The notes beneath the pieces were generated by a model, which made no database searches, was not told where the DNA came from, and saw only the letters and a list, made by a program, of their open reading frames with translations. The translations under genes and the position numbers were made by a program. Source: a virus. Taken from it: 64,000 nt of DNA. Positions within the stretch are counted from its first letter, which is position 1; every line of letters starts with the position of its first letter. Shown piece by piece: positions 1-9,363 of this stretch. The stretch lies in IMG/VR virus record IMGVR_UViG_3300025645_000053, positions 13,924-77,923 of that record; one strand, 5' to 3'.

Positions 1-1
1 T

Positions 2-133
2 GATGGTGATGATTTTAGTAATATCAATGAAAATTCTAAAAAAGCTGATTTGAATAAAGCTTTAAAAAGCATGGGTAAAAACCGAATCTTTACTCGAGTT
101 TTTGCAAAAACATTAGCTGAGGCAATAGCATAA
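2..133 (+). CDS. 3' end of a gene entering the window, possibly the CobT/VWA-like partner of the CobS ATPase
   Basis: Open frame ...KADLNKALKSMGKNRIFTRVFAKTLAEAIA* with its stop overlapping the next ATG; identity inferred from position only. Confidence 0.45.
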   Translation, partial: DGDDFSNINENSKKADLNKALKSMGKNRIFTRVFAKTLAEAIA

Positions 134-357
134 TGGATATCGTGATTATAGTTTCTGGAATTTACTTCATGGGTTGTCTGATAATGGTTTTTTGTGAACC
201 GATACTAAACAAAAATGAAGAGGCAGATTATCCGGGCATGGTAATACTGTGGCCGATTGCGGTAGCGGCAATTATAGCAGTATTACCATATGTCGCGCTA
301 CAGATACTCATCATTACGCCAGTTTCAAAGGCCGGTAAAAGATTCTTTGGAGAATAA
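133..357 (+). CDS. small membrane protein
   Basis: Two hydrophobic segments; TAATG coupling to the upstream gene. Confidence 0.6.
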   Translation: MDIVIIVSGIYFMGCLIMVFCEPILNKNEEADYPGMVILWPIAVAAIIAVLPYVALQILIITPVSKAGKRFFGE

Positions 358-455
358 GGCTATTCCTTTTTGTTCTAAAAATAACGCAATAAACTATATA
401 CATTTGTTCTAGATTTGATATAATAGATCTATAAATTGAACTGAGGAATAAAAAC

Positions 456-632
456 ATGAGATTAGCAATTGAACAAATTATGAAAGCCGCCAAGTGTACC
501 GAAGCGCAAGCAAACACTATCGAGAATTACATCGATGATAATTGGCTTATTGATTGGTCAGAAGATTCTTTACGCAAAATCAACAAAACTGCTCGTGAAG
601 CGGTTATAGCCTTAGAACTAAATGTTCTATAA
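456..632 (+). CDS. small early hypothetical protein (58 aa, not in ORF track)
   Basis: MRLAIEQIMKAAKCTEAQ...; GAGG RBS and early promoter module upstream. Confidence 0.7.
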   Translation: MRLAIEQIMKAAKCTEAQANTIENYIDDNWLIDWSEDSLRKINKTAREAVIALELNVL

Positions 633-690
633 AAACTATATACATTACCGAATAAAATTGATATAATAGATCTACAAATTGAGTTAAGGA
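624..690 (+). promoter_or_regulatory. early promoter module (TATACA-type -35, TATAAT, AGATCTACAAATTGAGTTAAGGA leader)
   Basis: 29-bp TATAATAGATCTACAAATTGAGTTAAGGA also at 13521, 28861, 29742, 49862 and 56274. Confidence 0.85.
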
Positions 691-697
691 ATAAATT

Positions 698-1846
698 ATG
701 AATACCGAATGTTTTGATGTTATCACCGCCCGTCTTACCGCCCTTCCTGAAAAAACTTACAAGAAAGCCGATATTGTCGCTGCTTGTTCCGATGTTGAAA
801 ACCGCCATGTACAGCGGTTCATTTACCGTGCAATGGTTCGAGTTAAAACTGGAGTTTACGCTTTACCTAACGACGGTGTCTCTGCACCCGTTAAAACCAC
901 TCCTGTCAATCCAATTGCTCAAGCTGTTGTAGAAGCAACTCAGCCTCAACTACAGACCTATATTGATGATTCCGTATATATCCCAAAGGCCGATAGCTTA
1001 TATGTCCCTTGGGGCAACTCGAAGTCAGTTTCTGATGTTGTAAAAGCAGGTATATTCTTTCCAGTGTATATAAGCGGTATGTCAGGCAACGGCAAAACGA
1101 TGATGGTTGAGCAAGCTTGTGCAAAACATAAACGACAATATATACGTGTACAGATTACACCAGAAACTGACGAAGACGATCTTATCGGAGGTTTCCGTTT
1201 AATCAATGGAGATACCGTATTCGCAGAAGGTCCTGTTATCAAAGCAATGCGTAAAGGTGCAGTTCTTCTTATTGATGAAATTGACCGTGGAACTAATAAG
1301 ATCATGTGTTTACAAGGTATCATGGAAGGTAAACCTATTCTTATTAAGAAAACTGGTGAAACTGTAGTACCTGCCGAAGGATTTCAAATAATTGCTTCAG
1401 CAAACTCAAAAGGTCGCGGTTCTGAAGATGGCCGATATGCTTCTTCAATCATCGATGATGCTTTTCTTGAGCGGTTTGTTGTTACAATGGAACAGCCTTA
1501 TCCTTCTGAAGCAACTGAACGTAAGATACTTAAACTTCATGGAGATTTATATGGAGTTGACGATACCGAATTTTTTGAGAAACTTGTTATGTGGGCTCAA
1601 GCAATTCGTAAGACATTCTTTGAGACAGACGGCGCAGGTATTGGTGATCTTATTACTACTCGCCGCTTGACACATATCGTTAAAGCAGTAACAGTTTTTA
1701 AAGACCGAAAGAAAGCTGTTGAACTTTGTGTAAACCGTTTTGATGCCGATATTCGTGATGCATTCATTGACCTTTATGGTAAAATCGATGCTGGCGAAGA
1801 TTTGCAAAACGAAGACAGTGGCGAAGATACTCATTTATCTTTTTAG
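698..1846 (+). CDS. cobS: CobS/MoxR-like AAA+ ATPase
   Basis: Walker A GMSGNGKT, Walker B LLIDEID, AFLERF; typical of marine T4-like phages. Confidence 0.85.
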   Translation: MNTECFDVITARLTALPEKTYKKADIVAACSDVENRHVQRFIYRAMVRVKTGVYALPNDGVSAPVKTTPVNPIAQAVVEATQPQLQTYIDDSVYIPKADSLYVPWGNSKSVSDVVKAGIFFPVYISGMSGNGKTMMVEQACAKHKRQYIRVQITPETDEDDLIGGFRLINGDTVFAEGPVIKAMRKGAVLLIDEIDRGTNKIMCLQGIMEGKPILIKKTGETVVPAEGFQIIASANSKGRGSEDGRYASSIIDDAFLERFVVTMEQPYPSEATERKILKLHGDLYGVDDTEFFEKLVMWAQAIRKTFFETDGAGIGDLITTRRLTHIVKAVTVFKDRKKAVELCVNRFDADIRDAFIDLYGKIDAGEDLQNEDSGEDTHLSF

Positions 1847-1914
1847 AAAAAACTATTGACACGCGAGTTATTATTTGATATAATAGCTCTATTAATTAAA
1901 CAAAAGGAAAAACT

Positions 1915-2595
1915 ATGAAATTATCTAATGAAACTATGTCTTTGCTTAAAAACTTTGCACTGATTAACTCTAACATTGTGATTGGTGCAGGTTCTAAACT
2001 TAAGACTATTAACGAAGCAAAAAACGTGATGGGATATGCTGACATTGCCGAAACCTTTCCTGTAGAGTTTGGCATTTATGATTTAGGTGAATTCCTAAAT
2101 GTTTACAATATGTTTGATGATCCTGAATTAGAGTTTGATGAAAAACTTCAGTCAGTTGTTATCAGTCAAGGTAAACGTCTTGTTCGCTATCGTTTCTCAA
2201 ATACTGAAATTCTTACATCTGTTACTAAAGAAGTTAAAATGCCTAAAGCTGACTTGGCGTTCCACTTATCTTCTGATGATCTTGCTGCTATTCGCAAAGC
2301 AACATCGGTATTAGGTGTCTCTGATGTTGTTATTACAAATAACGGTGAAGATTCGTTACTTGTTACTACAACTGATGTTAAGGATTCTAGTTCAAACCGC
2401 TTCGCTATTGAAATTCCATGTGAAGGTTTATCTGATACTGAATTTAATCTTATATTCAATGTATCAAACTTCAAAATGGTTCAAGGCGATTACGATATTG
2501 AAGTTTCATCTAAACTAATTTCAAAATTCACTAACACTGCAGCTAATGTTAATTACTTTATCGCTCTTGAGAAGAGCTCAACTTATGGAGAATAA
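1915..2595 (+). CDS. 45: sliding clamp gp45
   Basis: MKLSNETMSLLKNFALINSNI, FGIYDLGEFL, YFIALE; TTGACA-17-TATAAT promoter upstream. Confidence 0.95.
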   Translation: MKLSNETMSLLKNFALINSNIVIGAGSKLKTINEAKNVMGYADIAETFPVEFGIYDLGEFLNVYNMFDDPELEFDEKLQSVVISQGKRLVRYRFSNTEILTSVTKEVKMPKADLAFHLSSDDLAAIRKATSVLGVSDVVITNNGEDSLLVTTTDVKDSSSNRFAIEIPCEGLSDTEFNLIFNVSNFKMVQGDYDIEVSSKLISKFTNTAANVNYFIALEKSSTYGE

Positions 2596-2596
2596 T

Positions 2597-2872
2597 ATGT
2601 CAAACGAAATCGAAGATGTGGAATTACAGGATCTTGATGTTATAGTAGATCTTGAAGAAACTGAAGAAACTAAGTCATTCATTGATGTTAACGATTTAGT
2701 TGACTGTGTAAAGGTTATCGACTTATGTTCTAAACGTGGTGCCTTTGAAGGAACTGAGTTACAATTGGTTGGTACGCTACGACAGAAATTAGTTGACTTC
2801 GTCAATGCAGTTTCACCACCAGAAACTGATGATGATGCTGATTCTACTGAAGCTAACGAACCGTCGGAATAA
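2597..2872 (+). CDS. conserved acidic hypothetical protein
   Basis: GGAG RBS; IDLCSKRGAFEG motif. Confidence 0.7.
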   Translation: MSNEIEDVELQDLDVIVDLEETEETKSFIDVNDLVDCVKVIDLCSKRGAFEGTELQLVGTLRQKLVDFVNAVSPPETDDDADSTEANEPSE

Positions 2873-2886
2873 CTTGATACAAACGG

Positions 2887-2907
2887 AATAGCCTTCGGGC
2901 TATTTTG
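2887..2907 (+). terminator. rho-independent terminator
   Basis: AATAGCC-TTCG-GGCTATT followed by T run. Confidence 0.75.
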
Positions 2908-3035
2908 TGAATAACTTGATATAAACTGGGTAGTCTTAGGCTATTCGGTGAATATCTTAATACAAAGGTTGAACTTTTGTGAATAAAGAAACTAATAATT
3001 TACGTGAATATATTAAATTTAAGGAAATGATTGAA

Positions 3036-3284
3036 ATGATGTTATCCAACCCTAAAGATAAAGAAAGATTGAAAGCTGGTGTAAAAGAATTGTCTGACTC
3101 TATGACTCGTGTTGAGGCCGAGCGTGATCTTCAAAAAGATATCGTTGAGGCAGTATTTGACGAGATCGGTGTTGACAAAAAAATCATTAAGAAGTTTGCT
3201 TCGATGTATCATAAACAAAACTTTACCCAAGTTCAAAGCGAGTTTGAAGAAGTTACTGGTTTATACGAAGACATCTTTGGTTAA
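3036..3284 (+). CDS. dsbA: double-stranded DNA-binding protein DsbA
   Basis: ELSDSMTRVEAERD...MYHKQNF...LYEDIF; size and context match. Confidence 0.8.
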   Translation: MMLSNPKDKERLKAGVKELSDSMTRVEAERDLQKDIVEAVFDEIGVDKKIIKKFASMYHKQNFTQVQSEFEEVTGLYEDIFG

Positions 3285-3291
3285 TTTCTGC

Positions 3292-3307
3292 AGCGGCTTC
3301 GGCCGCT
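3292..3307 (+). terminator. UUCG hairpin, probable terminator
   Basis: AGCGGC-TTCG-GCCGCT. Confidence 0.6.
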
Positions 3308-3370
3308 ACTATTTACATTGTATGATTAATGTGATATAATAGTTTTTTATAGTTTATGGAGTAAATGTGA

Positions 3371-4309
3371 ATGAGTGTAGAATTCCTTTGGTGTGAGAAA
3401 TATCGCCCAAAAACAATTGAAGACTGTATATTACCAGAGTCTTTAAAGAAAACCTTTACTGAAATCGCCGAAGGTGGTGAATTACCTAATATGATGTTCA
3501 GTGGTACTGCAGGCGTTGGTAAGACAACTGTCGCTCGCGCATTATGTACTCAGTTGGATCTTGATCACATTGTGATTAACGGATCAGAAGAAGGCAACAT
3601 CGATACTTTACGAGGCAAGATAAAACAGTTTGCTTCAACAGTGTCATTAAGTGGCGGTTATAAAGTTGTTATTCTCGACGAAGCCGACTATATGAACCCA
3701 CAGTCAACCCAACCTGCACTTCGTGGTTTCATTGAAGAATTCTCGAAGAACTGCAGATTTATTCTTACATGTAACTTCAAGAACCGTATTATTGAACCAC
3801 TGCATTCTCGATGTTCAGTTTACGAATTTCAAATACAACCTAAGGAACGTCCTAAGATTGCGATGGCTTTCTTTAAACGGTTGCAAACAGTTCTTAAAGC
3901 AGAAAACGTTGAGTTTGAACCTGCTTCATTAGTAAAGCTGATTGAAAAGCATTTCCCAGATTGGCGTAGAGTTTTAAACGAATGTCAAAGATATAGCATC
4001 TCTGGTAAAATTGATGCTGGTGTTCTAACTAATGTTAGTAACGAAAACATCAAAGCTTTGATGGGTTATCTTAAGGATAAAGACTTCAAGACAATGCGTA
4101 AGTGGGTTGTTGATAACATTGATGTTGAAGCACAAACTATCTTCAGAATGGTTTATGATAACATGGAAGATAACGTTAAGGCCAGTTCTATACCTCAGCT
4201 TGTTTTAATCATCGCCGATTACCAACATAAAAACGCGTTTGTTTGCGACTCAGAAATAAATCTTGTAGCAATGTTTACCGAAATAATGTCTGCAGTTGAG
4301 TTTAAATAA
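3371..4309 (+). CDS. 44: clamp loader large subunit gp44
   Basis: LWCEKYRP, GTAGVGKT, DEAD, SRC motifs. Confidence 0.97.
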   Translation: MSVEFLWCEKYRPKTIEDCILPESLKKTFTEIAEGGELPNMMFSGTAGVGKTTVARALCTQLDLDHIVINGSEEGNIDTLRGKIKQFASTVSLSGGYKVVILDEADYMNPQSTQPALRGFIEEFSKNCRFILTCNFKNRIIEPLHSRCSVYEFQIQPKERPKIAMAFFKRLQTVLKAENVEFEPASLVKLIEKHFPDWRRVLNECQRYSISGKIDAGVLTNVSNENIKALMGYLKDKDFKTMRKWVVDNIDVEAQTIFRMVYDNMEDNVKASSIPQLVLIIADYQHKNAFVCDSEINLVAMFTEIMSAVEFK

Positions 4310-4371
4310 CTATTGACATGCCGTGTGAACTGTTATATAATAGTTCTATAAATTTGATTGAGAGAAACTAA

Positions 4372-4965
4372 ATGCCTAAAAATGTAATTTATGATTATGA
4401 AACACTGGGAACCGACACGCGTAATGCGCCGATCCTTTCGCTTGCTATCATGAACTACGATCCTGATAGATTTATGTCTGAAAACCCATATACCTTTAAA
4501 GAACTTTGTAGTCGGGCTGCTGAATATAAATTCGATATCATGGAGCAAGTCAAATCGTTTGGTAAAGTTATCAATAAAGAAACTCTTGATTGGTGGAAGA
4601 AACAGCCTAAAGAATTGCGTGATGCTCAGCTAACACCAACACCCGACGATTTGTCTATCACTGAGCTGAATGCCTGCTTCAAGAATCATTGCCACCAAGC
4701 TGATGCAATATTTACCCGCGGCAATACTTTTGATCCTATGATCACTACATTTACTTTGGCTGACCAAGGTTTAGGCGAACCATATAATTGGGCAAAGGTT
4801 CGTGATACTCGTAGTTTCATTGAAGGACTATCTTATACCTCAGGTTTGAATAACAAGTTTATTCCTGAAGGTCTTGAAGATGTTTTTGTTGCTCACGATC
4901 CTATACACGACATCGCAATTGATGTAATGCGTATGCAAAGTGTTATAAGAGAAGTATTCTTATAA
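4372..4965 (+). CDS. dexA: 3'-5' exonuclease DexA
   Basis: DYET, RGNTFD, RDTRS, HDPIHD (DEDDh) motifs. Confidence 0.85.
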   Translation: MPKNVIYDYETLGTDTRNAPILSLAIMNYDPDRFMSENPYTFKELCSRAAEYKFDIMEQVKSFGKVINKETLDWWKKQPKELRDAQLTPTPDDLSITELNACFKNHCHQADAIFTRGNTFDPMITTFTLADQGLGEPYNWAKVRDTRSFIEGLSYTSGLNNKFIPEGLEDVFVAHDPIHDIAIDVMRMQSVIREVFL

Positions 4966-4992
4966 ATAATATCTTTAGCCAAGGTATTAACT

Positions 4993-5778
4993 ATGTTGTT
5001 AAACTATATTACATTCATAACAGCAATAGTAATTGCACTTGTTGCAGCTTACTTCTCAATAGCAGGTTTGTCCGCTATCTTTGCAGGAGCTGCAATATCA
5101 GTTATAATAATGGCCAGTGTTTTAGAGCTTGGCAAATTAGTTGCAGCAACATGGTTGCATCTTGAGTGGAAATGTGTTACAATAGGTATTAAGATATACT
5201 TATTAGTTGCGGTGGTAGTTCTTATGTTAATTACAAGTATCGGTATCTTCGGTTATTTGTCAAAAGCATATCTTGAACAAACCTCCGGTAATGCTGGTGT
5301 TGCGATTGAAGTGTCTCGTCTTGAGAAAACAATCGGATCAGAACAAAAGCGTTTAGATTCGGTTGATTCTCAGTTAGGCGCACTTGATGCAGCATTGGAT
5401 AAGTATATCGAACTTGGGTATGTTACAAAAGGACTTCAAGCTCGTACAGCACAAAGCGAGCAACGTGTGCAGTTGGATTCGTTGAGAACAATGTCAATGG
5501 ACAAACTGTTTAAACTAAATAATGAATTGTATGAATATACATTAGAAGATGCAAAGTTTGAAGCTGAACTTGGTCCCATTAAATATATCGCAGAAATGCT
5601 TTATGGTAATGATGCTGAAGACAAGTATGGCAGCGCAGTTCGTCTAATGATATTTATGCTTATATTTGTGTTTGATCCGCTTGCTGTTATTCTTTTGATT
5701 ATCTCGGCTGGAAGACTGAGCAAGTCTAAAGAAGCGCCAAGCATCGTTTCGTCGGATCAGATCTTAAACTTGGAGTAA
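4993..5778 (+). CDS. membrane protein with coiled coil
   Basis: Three N-terminal TM helices, GPIKYIA, FVFDPLA; TATAAATA at 4962. Confidence 0.7.
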   Translation: MLLNYITFITAIVIALVAAYFSIAGLSAIFAGAAISVIIMASVLELGKLVAATWLHLEWKCVTIGIKIYLLVAVVVLMLITSIGIFGYLSKAYLEQTSGNAGVAIEVSRLEKTIGSEQKRLDSVDSQLGALDAALDKYIELGYVTKGLQARTAQSEQRVQLDSLRTMSMDKLFKLNNELYEYTLEDAKFEAELGPIKYIAEMLYGNDAEDKYGSAVRLMIFMLIFVFDPLAVILLIISAGRLSKSKEAPSIVSSDQILNLE

Positions 5779-6161
5779 TGATGAATCCTTTTGATTATGT
5801 AAATTCCATTACGTTAAGCAAACGTAATATTATGGTAACACCAGAGGATGAGAAAGGTTATGCAGCCTTTCTTATCAACCGTGGCCTTTCGCAGTTCCAA
5901 GATACTATCTTTTATGCAAATGAAATGAATCGGTATCACAAATTGGACAATAAACTGCAGTATCAGTTTCTTATTAACATTGTACGGAAACGGAAACGTT
6001 TCTCTAAATGGGCCAAGGCTGACACAGCTGATGCTGATATAATTGAAGCAATTAAGATTGTATACAATTATAGTAATGATAAGGCTAGACAAGTTGTCGG
6101 ACTTTTATCAAAAGATCAAAAGTCCGCGCTGCTCGAAAAAATACATAAGGGTGGAACTTAA
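5778..6161 (+). CDS. 62: clamp loader small subunit gp62
   Basis: FLINRGLS, ANEMN, RKRKRFSKWAK. Confidence 0.92.
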   Translation: MMNPFDYVNSITLSKRNIMVTPEDEKGYAAFLINRGLSQFQDTIFYANEMNRYHKLDNKLQYQFLINIVRKRKRFSKWAKADTADADIIEAIKIVYNYSNDKARQVVGLLSKDQKSALLEKIHKGGT

Positions 6162-6694
6162 CGGTGCTTACACTTTGCTCCGTGATAGCGCGCGTATGTT
6201 GCAAGTTGAACACTTTCGCCGCAATGTTCACAATTGATTCTAGGACGGTTCAGCGCGGCTTGAGATTGCAGCTTTTTAGTTTCGTCTGTAGTGATAGCCC
6301 CTAATCTTGATCCGTCCTTATTAGCATACAGTTCTTTCATGGATTTTTTGAATTTGTTAGATCTTTCATCAGTCCATTTAGGAAGAGTCATGCCTTTAGT
6401 TGGCGTCGGATTTGTTTTCATTCTAGCAGCGACACGTTTTTTAACATGTTCTTTAGTTTGCTTCTTTCCAGTTAAAGCTGCAGAAACGGCTAGTCTTCTA
6501 GCTTCTTCGCCGCTTATTTGGCCTGAAAGAGCTTTATACGCAATTAGGTCTTGCAAACGATTATGCTTTTCGTATAGAGCAAGGTGGGCAAGAGCGTGTT
6601 GTTCTACAGTCAGTTTTATTAAATTTGACTGATCGTCGCTACCGCCAGCATGGCGCGGGATGATGTGATGTTTGTGATATATAGTATTAGGCAT
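6158..6694 (-). mobile_element. free-standing HNH homing endonuclease with NUMOD3-like repeats
   Basis: HKHHIIPRHAGGSDDQSNL...EQHALAH; minus-strand TATAAATA at 6762-6769; AAGGAG RBS inside a hairpin. Confidence 0.9.
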
Positions 6695-6792
6695 GTAGCT
6701 GCTCCTTACAGTTATTGTGTTTAGGGACAGAGGTTATTGGCGTAACCTCTTGTTCTGATATTATTTATAATAATATGAATTTCGGATAATGT

Positions 6793-6984
6793 ATAAATAT
6801 TGTCAGGAAGCGGAAACGTTTCTCTAAATGGGCTAAGCAAGACAAGACCAATTTAGAAATGATTGAAGTGATTAAGACGTATTACGGGTATTCAAACGAC
6901 AAAGCCCGTCAAGTACTATCTCTTCTTAACAATGAACAGTTGAATGAACTACAGCGGAAGGTTGACCATGGTGGAACAAAATAA
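6793..6984 (+). pseudogene. 62: orphan second copy of the gp62 3' end
   Basis: Open frame INIVRKRKRFSKWAKQDKTNLEMIEVIKTYYGYSNDKARQV...GGTK* preceded by an in-frame stop; 23 bp identical to 5991-6013. Confidence 0.88.
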
Positions 6985-7384
6985 ACAAGTAGAGTGGACT
7001 CCAAACACAATGTTGGAAATTACACTAAATGAACCCGACGACTTTTTAAAAGTACGCGAAACATTAACACGAATTGGTGTTGCATCGCAACTTGATAAAA
7101 GATTATATCAGTCTTGTCACATATTACATAAACAAGGAAGATACTTCATTGTACACTTTAAAGAATTATTCATTCTTGATGGCAAAGCATCAAACTTATT
7201 TGAGAATGATATTCAACGACGCAACACGATCACAATGCTGTTATCAGATTGGGGATTAATTAATGTTGTAAATCCTGATGAGGCAAAAGACACTGCTCAT
7301 CTAAGACAAATAAAAATCATCTCTTTTAAAGAAAAGGATGAATGGGATTTACAGCCAAAATACAATATTGGAACAAAATCCTAA
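6968..7384 (+). CDS. regA: translational repressor RegA
   Basis: DDFLKVRETLTRIGVAS, LYQSCHILHKQGRYFIVHFKELF. Confidence 0.97.
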   Translation: MVEQNKQVEWTPNTMLEITLNEPDDFLKVRETLTRIGVASQLDKRLYQSCHILHKQGRYFIVHFKELFILDGKASNLFENDIQRRNTITMLLSDWGLINVVNPDEAKDTAHLRQIKIISFKEKDEWDLQPKYNIGTKS

Positions 7385-7389
7385 TACTG

Positions 7390-7522
7390 TATAAATAAAA
7401 AGATTGGGGTTACTATAAGGTTTTATGGTAACCCGCAATAACCGCGATGCATCTTTGATGGTCGCACCTTAATAAAACGGATGCCGAAAGGATCCACGCA
7501 CCTTGCTAATTAGGAGGCAAAC
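7390..7522 (+). promoter_or_regulatory. late promoter plus four-hairpin 5' UTR, ROSE-like RNA thermometer
   Basis: TATAAATA 7390-7397; successive hairpins; the last pairs TTGCT (7503-7507) with the AGGAGG SD. Confidence 0.7.
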
Positions 7523-7978
7523 ATGTCGAACTACGATAAGTATGATTACAGCACACAAAACCCTTTAGAAAAAATCTTTTACGATTCAGGATTCCCTTCC
7601 AATCTTTTTGATACTTTGCTATCAAAAGTAGGTAATACCACAACTTCATTCCCACCTTATGACATTATAAGCGAAATAAATGAAGAAGACAAATCGTATC
7701 GCGTGATTATTTCTATGGCGTTAGCTGGCTTCGATAAAGATGAAATTAATATCGAGCAAAAGTCGAATATCTTAACAATTTCTTCTGAAGGTAAATCGAA
7801 GAAGAAAGACGTAAAATACATTCAGAAAGGTATTTCTAAAAGAGCCTTTGAAAATAAATTTAAGCTATCACAATACGCTGTAATTGCTAATGCAACTATG
7901 GAAAATGGTATGCTTGAAGTATTAATTGACTTTGAAATTCCTGAAGAACTGAAAGCAAACAAAATTCAAATTAAATAA
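7523..7978 (+). CDS. hsp20: small heat-shock protein Hsp20 (IbpA-like)
   Basis: FPPYDI, ALAGF, GISKRAF, ATMENGML. Confidence 0.92.
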   Translation: MSNYDKYDYSTQNPLEKIFYDSGFPSNLFDTLLSKVGNTTTSFPPYDIISEINEEDKSYRVIISMALAGFDKDEINIEQKSNILTISSEGKSKKKDVKYIQKGISKRAFENKFKLSQYAVIANATMENGMLEVLIDFEIPEELKANKIQIK

Positions 7979-7993
7979 ATTATAGGAGTTATT

Positions 7994-8284
7994 ATGTCAG
8001 ATAATGTACATGTTTTAAGATTGATCACAGGTGAAGAATTAATTGCAGTAGTTGAGTCCTTTGATGGTACTGTCTATAAGATTAATAATGTTGCGGTATT
8101 AATACCTACACAAGATAACTCTTTAGGACTAGCTCCCTTTATGGCTTACTGTGAAGATGGTCCCCTTGAATTGCGAGGGTCAGACGTCATGTTTACACGT
8201 ACACCAGTCGAAGGTTTGGCAAAACAACACGGTAATATGTTCGGTAAAATAGTAACTCCTTCTAAGAAAATTATATTGGGTTAA
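7994..8284 (+). CDS. conserved hypothetical protein (Sm-like fold likely)
   Basis: LRLITGEELIA ... IVTPSKKII; usual neighbour of gp43. Confidence 0.7.
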   Translation: MSDNVHVLRLITGEELIAVVESFDGTVYKINNVAVLIPTQDNSLGLAPFMAYCEDGPLELRGSDVMFTRTPVEGLAKQHGNMFGKIVTPSKKIILG

Positions 8285-8308
8285 ATTTAAGAAAGGGTAT
8301 CATTTCTA

Positions 8309-8337
8309 TTGACATGATACCCTTTTTGTTATATAAT
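8309..8337 (+). promoter_or_regulatory. sigma70-type promoter of gp43 part 1, overlapping a hairpin
   Basis: TTGACA-17-TATAAT; AAAGGGTATCAT/ATGATACCCTTT inverted repeat encloses the -35. Confidence 0.8.
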
Positions 8338-8367
8338 AGTATTTGATTTTTACAATGGAGTACCACC

Positions 8368-9363
8368 TTGACTGAATTCTATACCTCCGTCGCCCGCTAC
8401 GGCAATTCGCTTTTATATCGTGGATACAAAGGCAAGCATAAAGTACGCGAAAAGATAAAGTTCAAACCTACCTTATACCTCAAAGATAACGAAAGTGAAA
8501 CAAAAGCACTTGATGGCGTTTCAGTTTCTCCAATGCAATACTCTTCAATGCGCGATGCAAAAGAATTTATTGAGCAATACAAAGATGTGCCTAACTTTGA
8601 AATATACGGCAATCGTAATTACATAGTTCAATACATTCAAGAAAAGTTCCCTGGTAATATTGCGTTTGATATGGACAATGTTAATGTTGCGGCTATTGAC
8701 ATTGAAGTTGTTGCTGATGAGTTTCCACATGCCGAACAGGCACTATATCCTATTGTTTCAATTGCAATGATGTCTACTCAAGATAGCATGCGACGTGTAT
8801 GGGGATTACCTAACTATAAAAATACTCGTGATGATGTAATTTATTATCACTGTAAGAACGAAGCCGAACTGTTAATGAAGTTCATAACACATTGGTCAAA
8901 TCCTGAATATACTCCAGATATCGTTACAGGCTGGAATACTCGATTCTTTGATACACCTTATATTATCAATCGACTTGCTAAAACTTTAGGTATTGAATTT
9001 GCCAAAAAGTATTCTCCATGGGGTTTGATAAATGAACGCATGGTTACGGTTAACGGTCAAAAGCAACAGAGCTACGAAGTAACAGGATTGCCTGAACTTG
9101 ATTACATGGAGTTATTTAAGAAGTTTACTATTAATACATTAGGCGCTCAAGAATCATATAAACTTGATCATATTGCAAACGTTGTGCTTGGCGATCGGAA
9201 ATTGTCATACGAAGAAAACACACAGATGTATGCTTTACTACGCGACGCCGAAGGCTGTAACCCTGACGAGAAACTGACCAAGCTAGAAGACATGGACGAG
9301 TTACAACGCACGTGTCTTCTTCGTGATCGTGTACGCGCCTTACGCTTGTCTCGAGGGGTTTAG
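8368..9363 (+). CDS. 43: DNA polymerase gp43 part 1 (N-terminal domain, ExoI and ExoII)
   Basis: IDIEV (ExoI), GWNTRFFD (ExoII), ESYKLDHIA; ends in a non-polymerase tail. Confidence 0.93.
   Translation: MTEFYTSVARYGNSLLYRGYKGKHKVREKIKFKPTLYLKDNESETKALDGVSVSPMQYSSMRDAKEFIEQYKDVPNFEIYGNRNYIVQYIQEKFPGNIAFDMDNVNVAAIDIEVVADEFPHAEQALYPIVSIAMMSTQDSMRRVWGLPNYKNTRDDVIYYHCKNEAELLMKFITHWSNPEYTPDIVTGWNTRFFDTPYIINRLAKTLGIEFAKKYSPWGLINERMVTVNGQKQQSYEVTGLPELDYMELFKKFTINTLGAQESYKLDHIANVVLGDRKLSYEENTQMYALLRDAEGCNPDEKLTKLEDMDELQRTCLLRDRVRALRLSRGV

Noticed and set aside
2867-2988. Mini CRISPR array
   Set aside because: Repeats are degenerate, the 'spacers' resemble each other, and there are no cas genes nearby. 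The 63351 nuclease is the common phage exonuclease.
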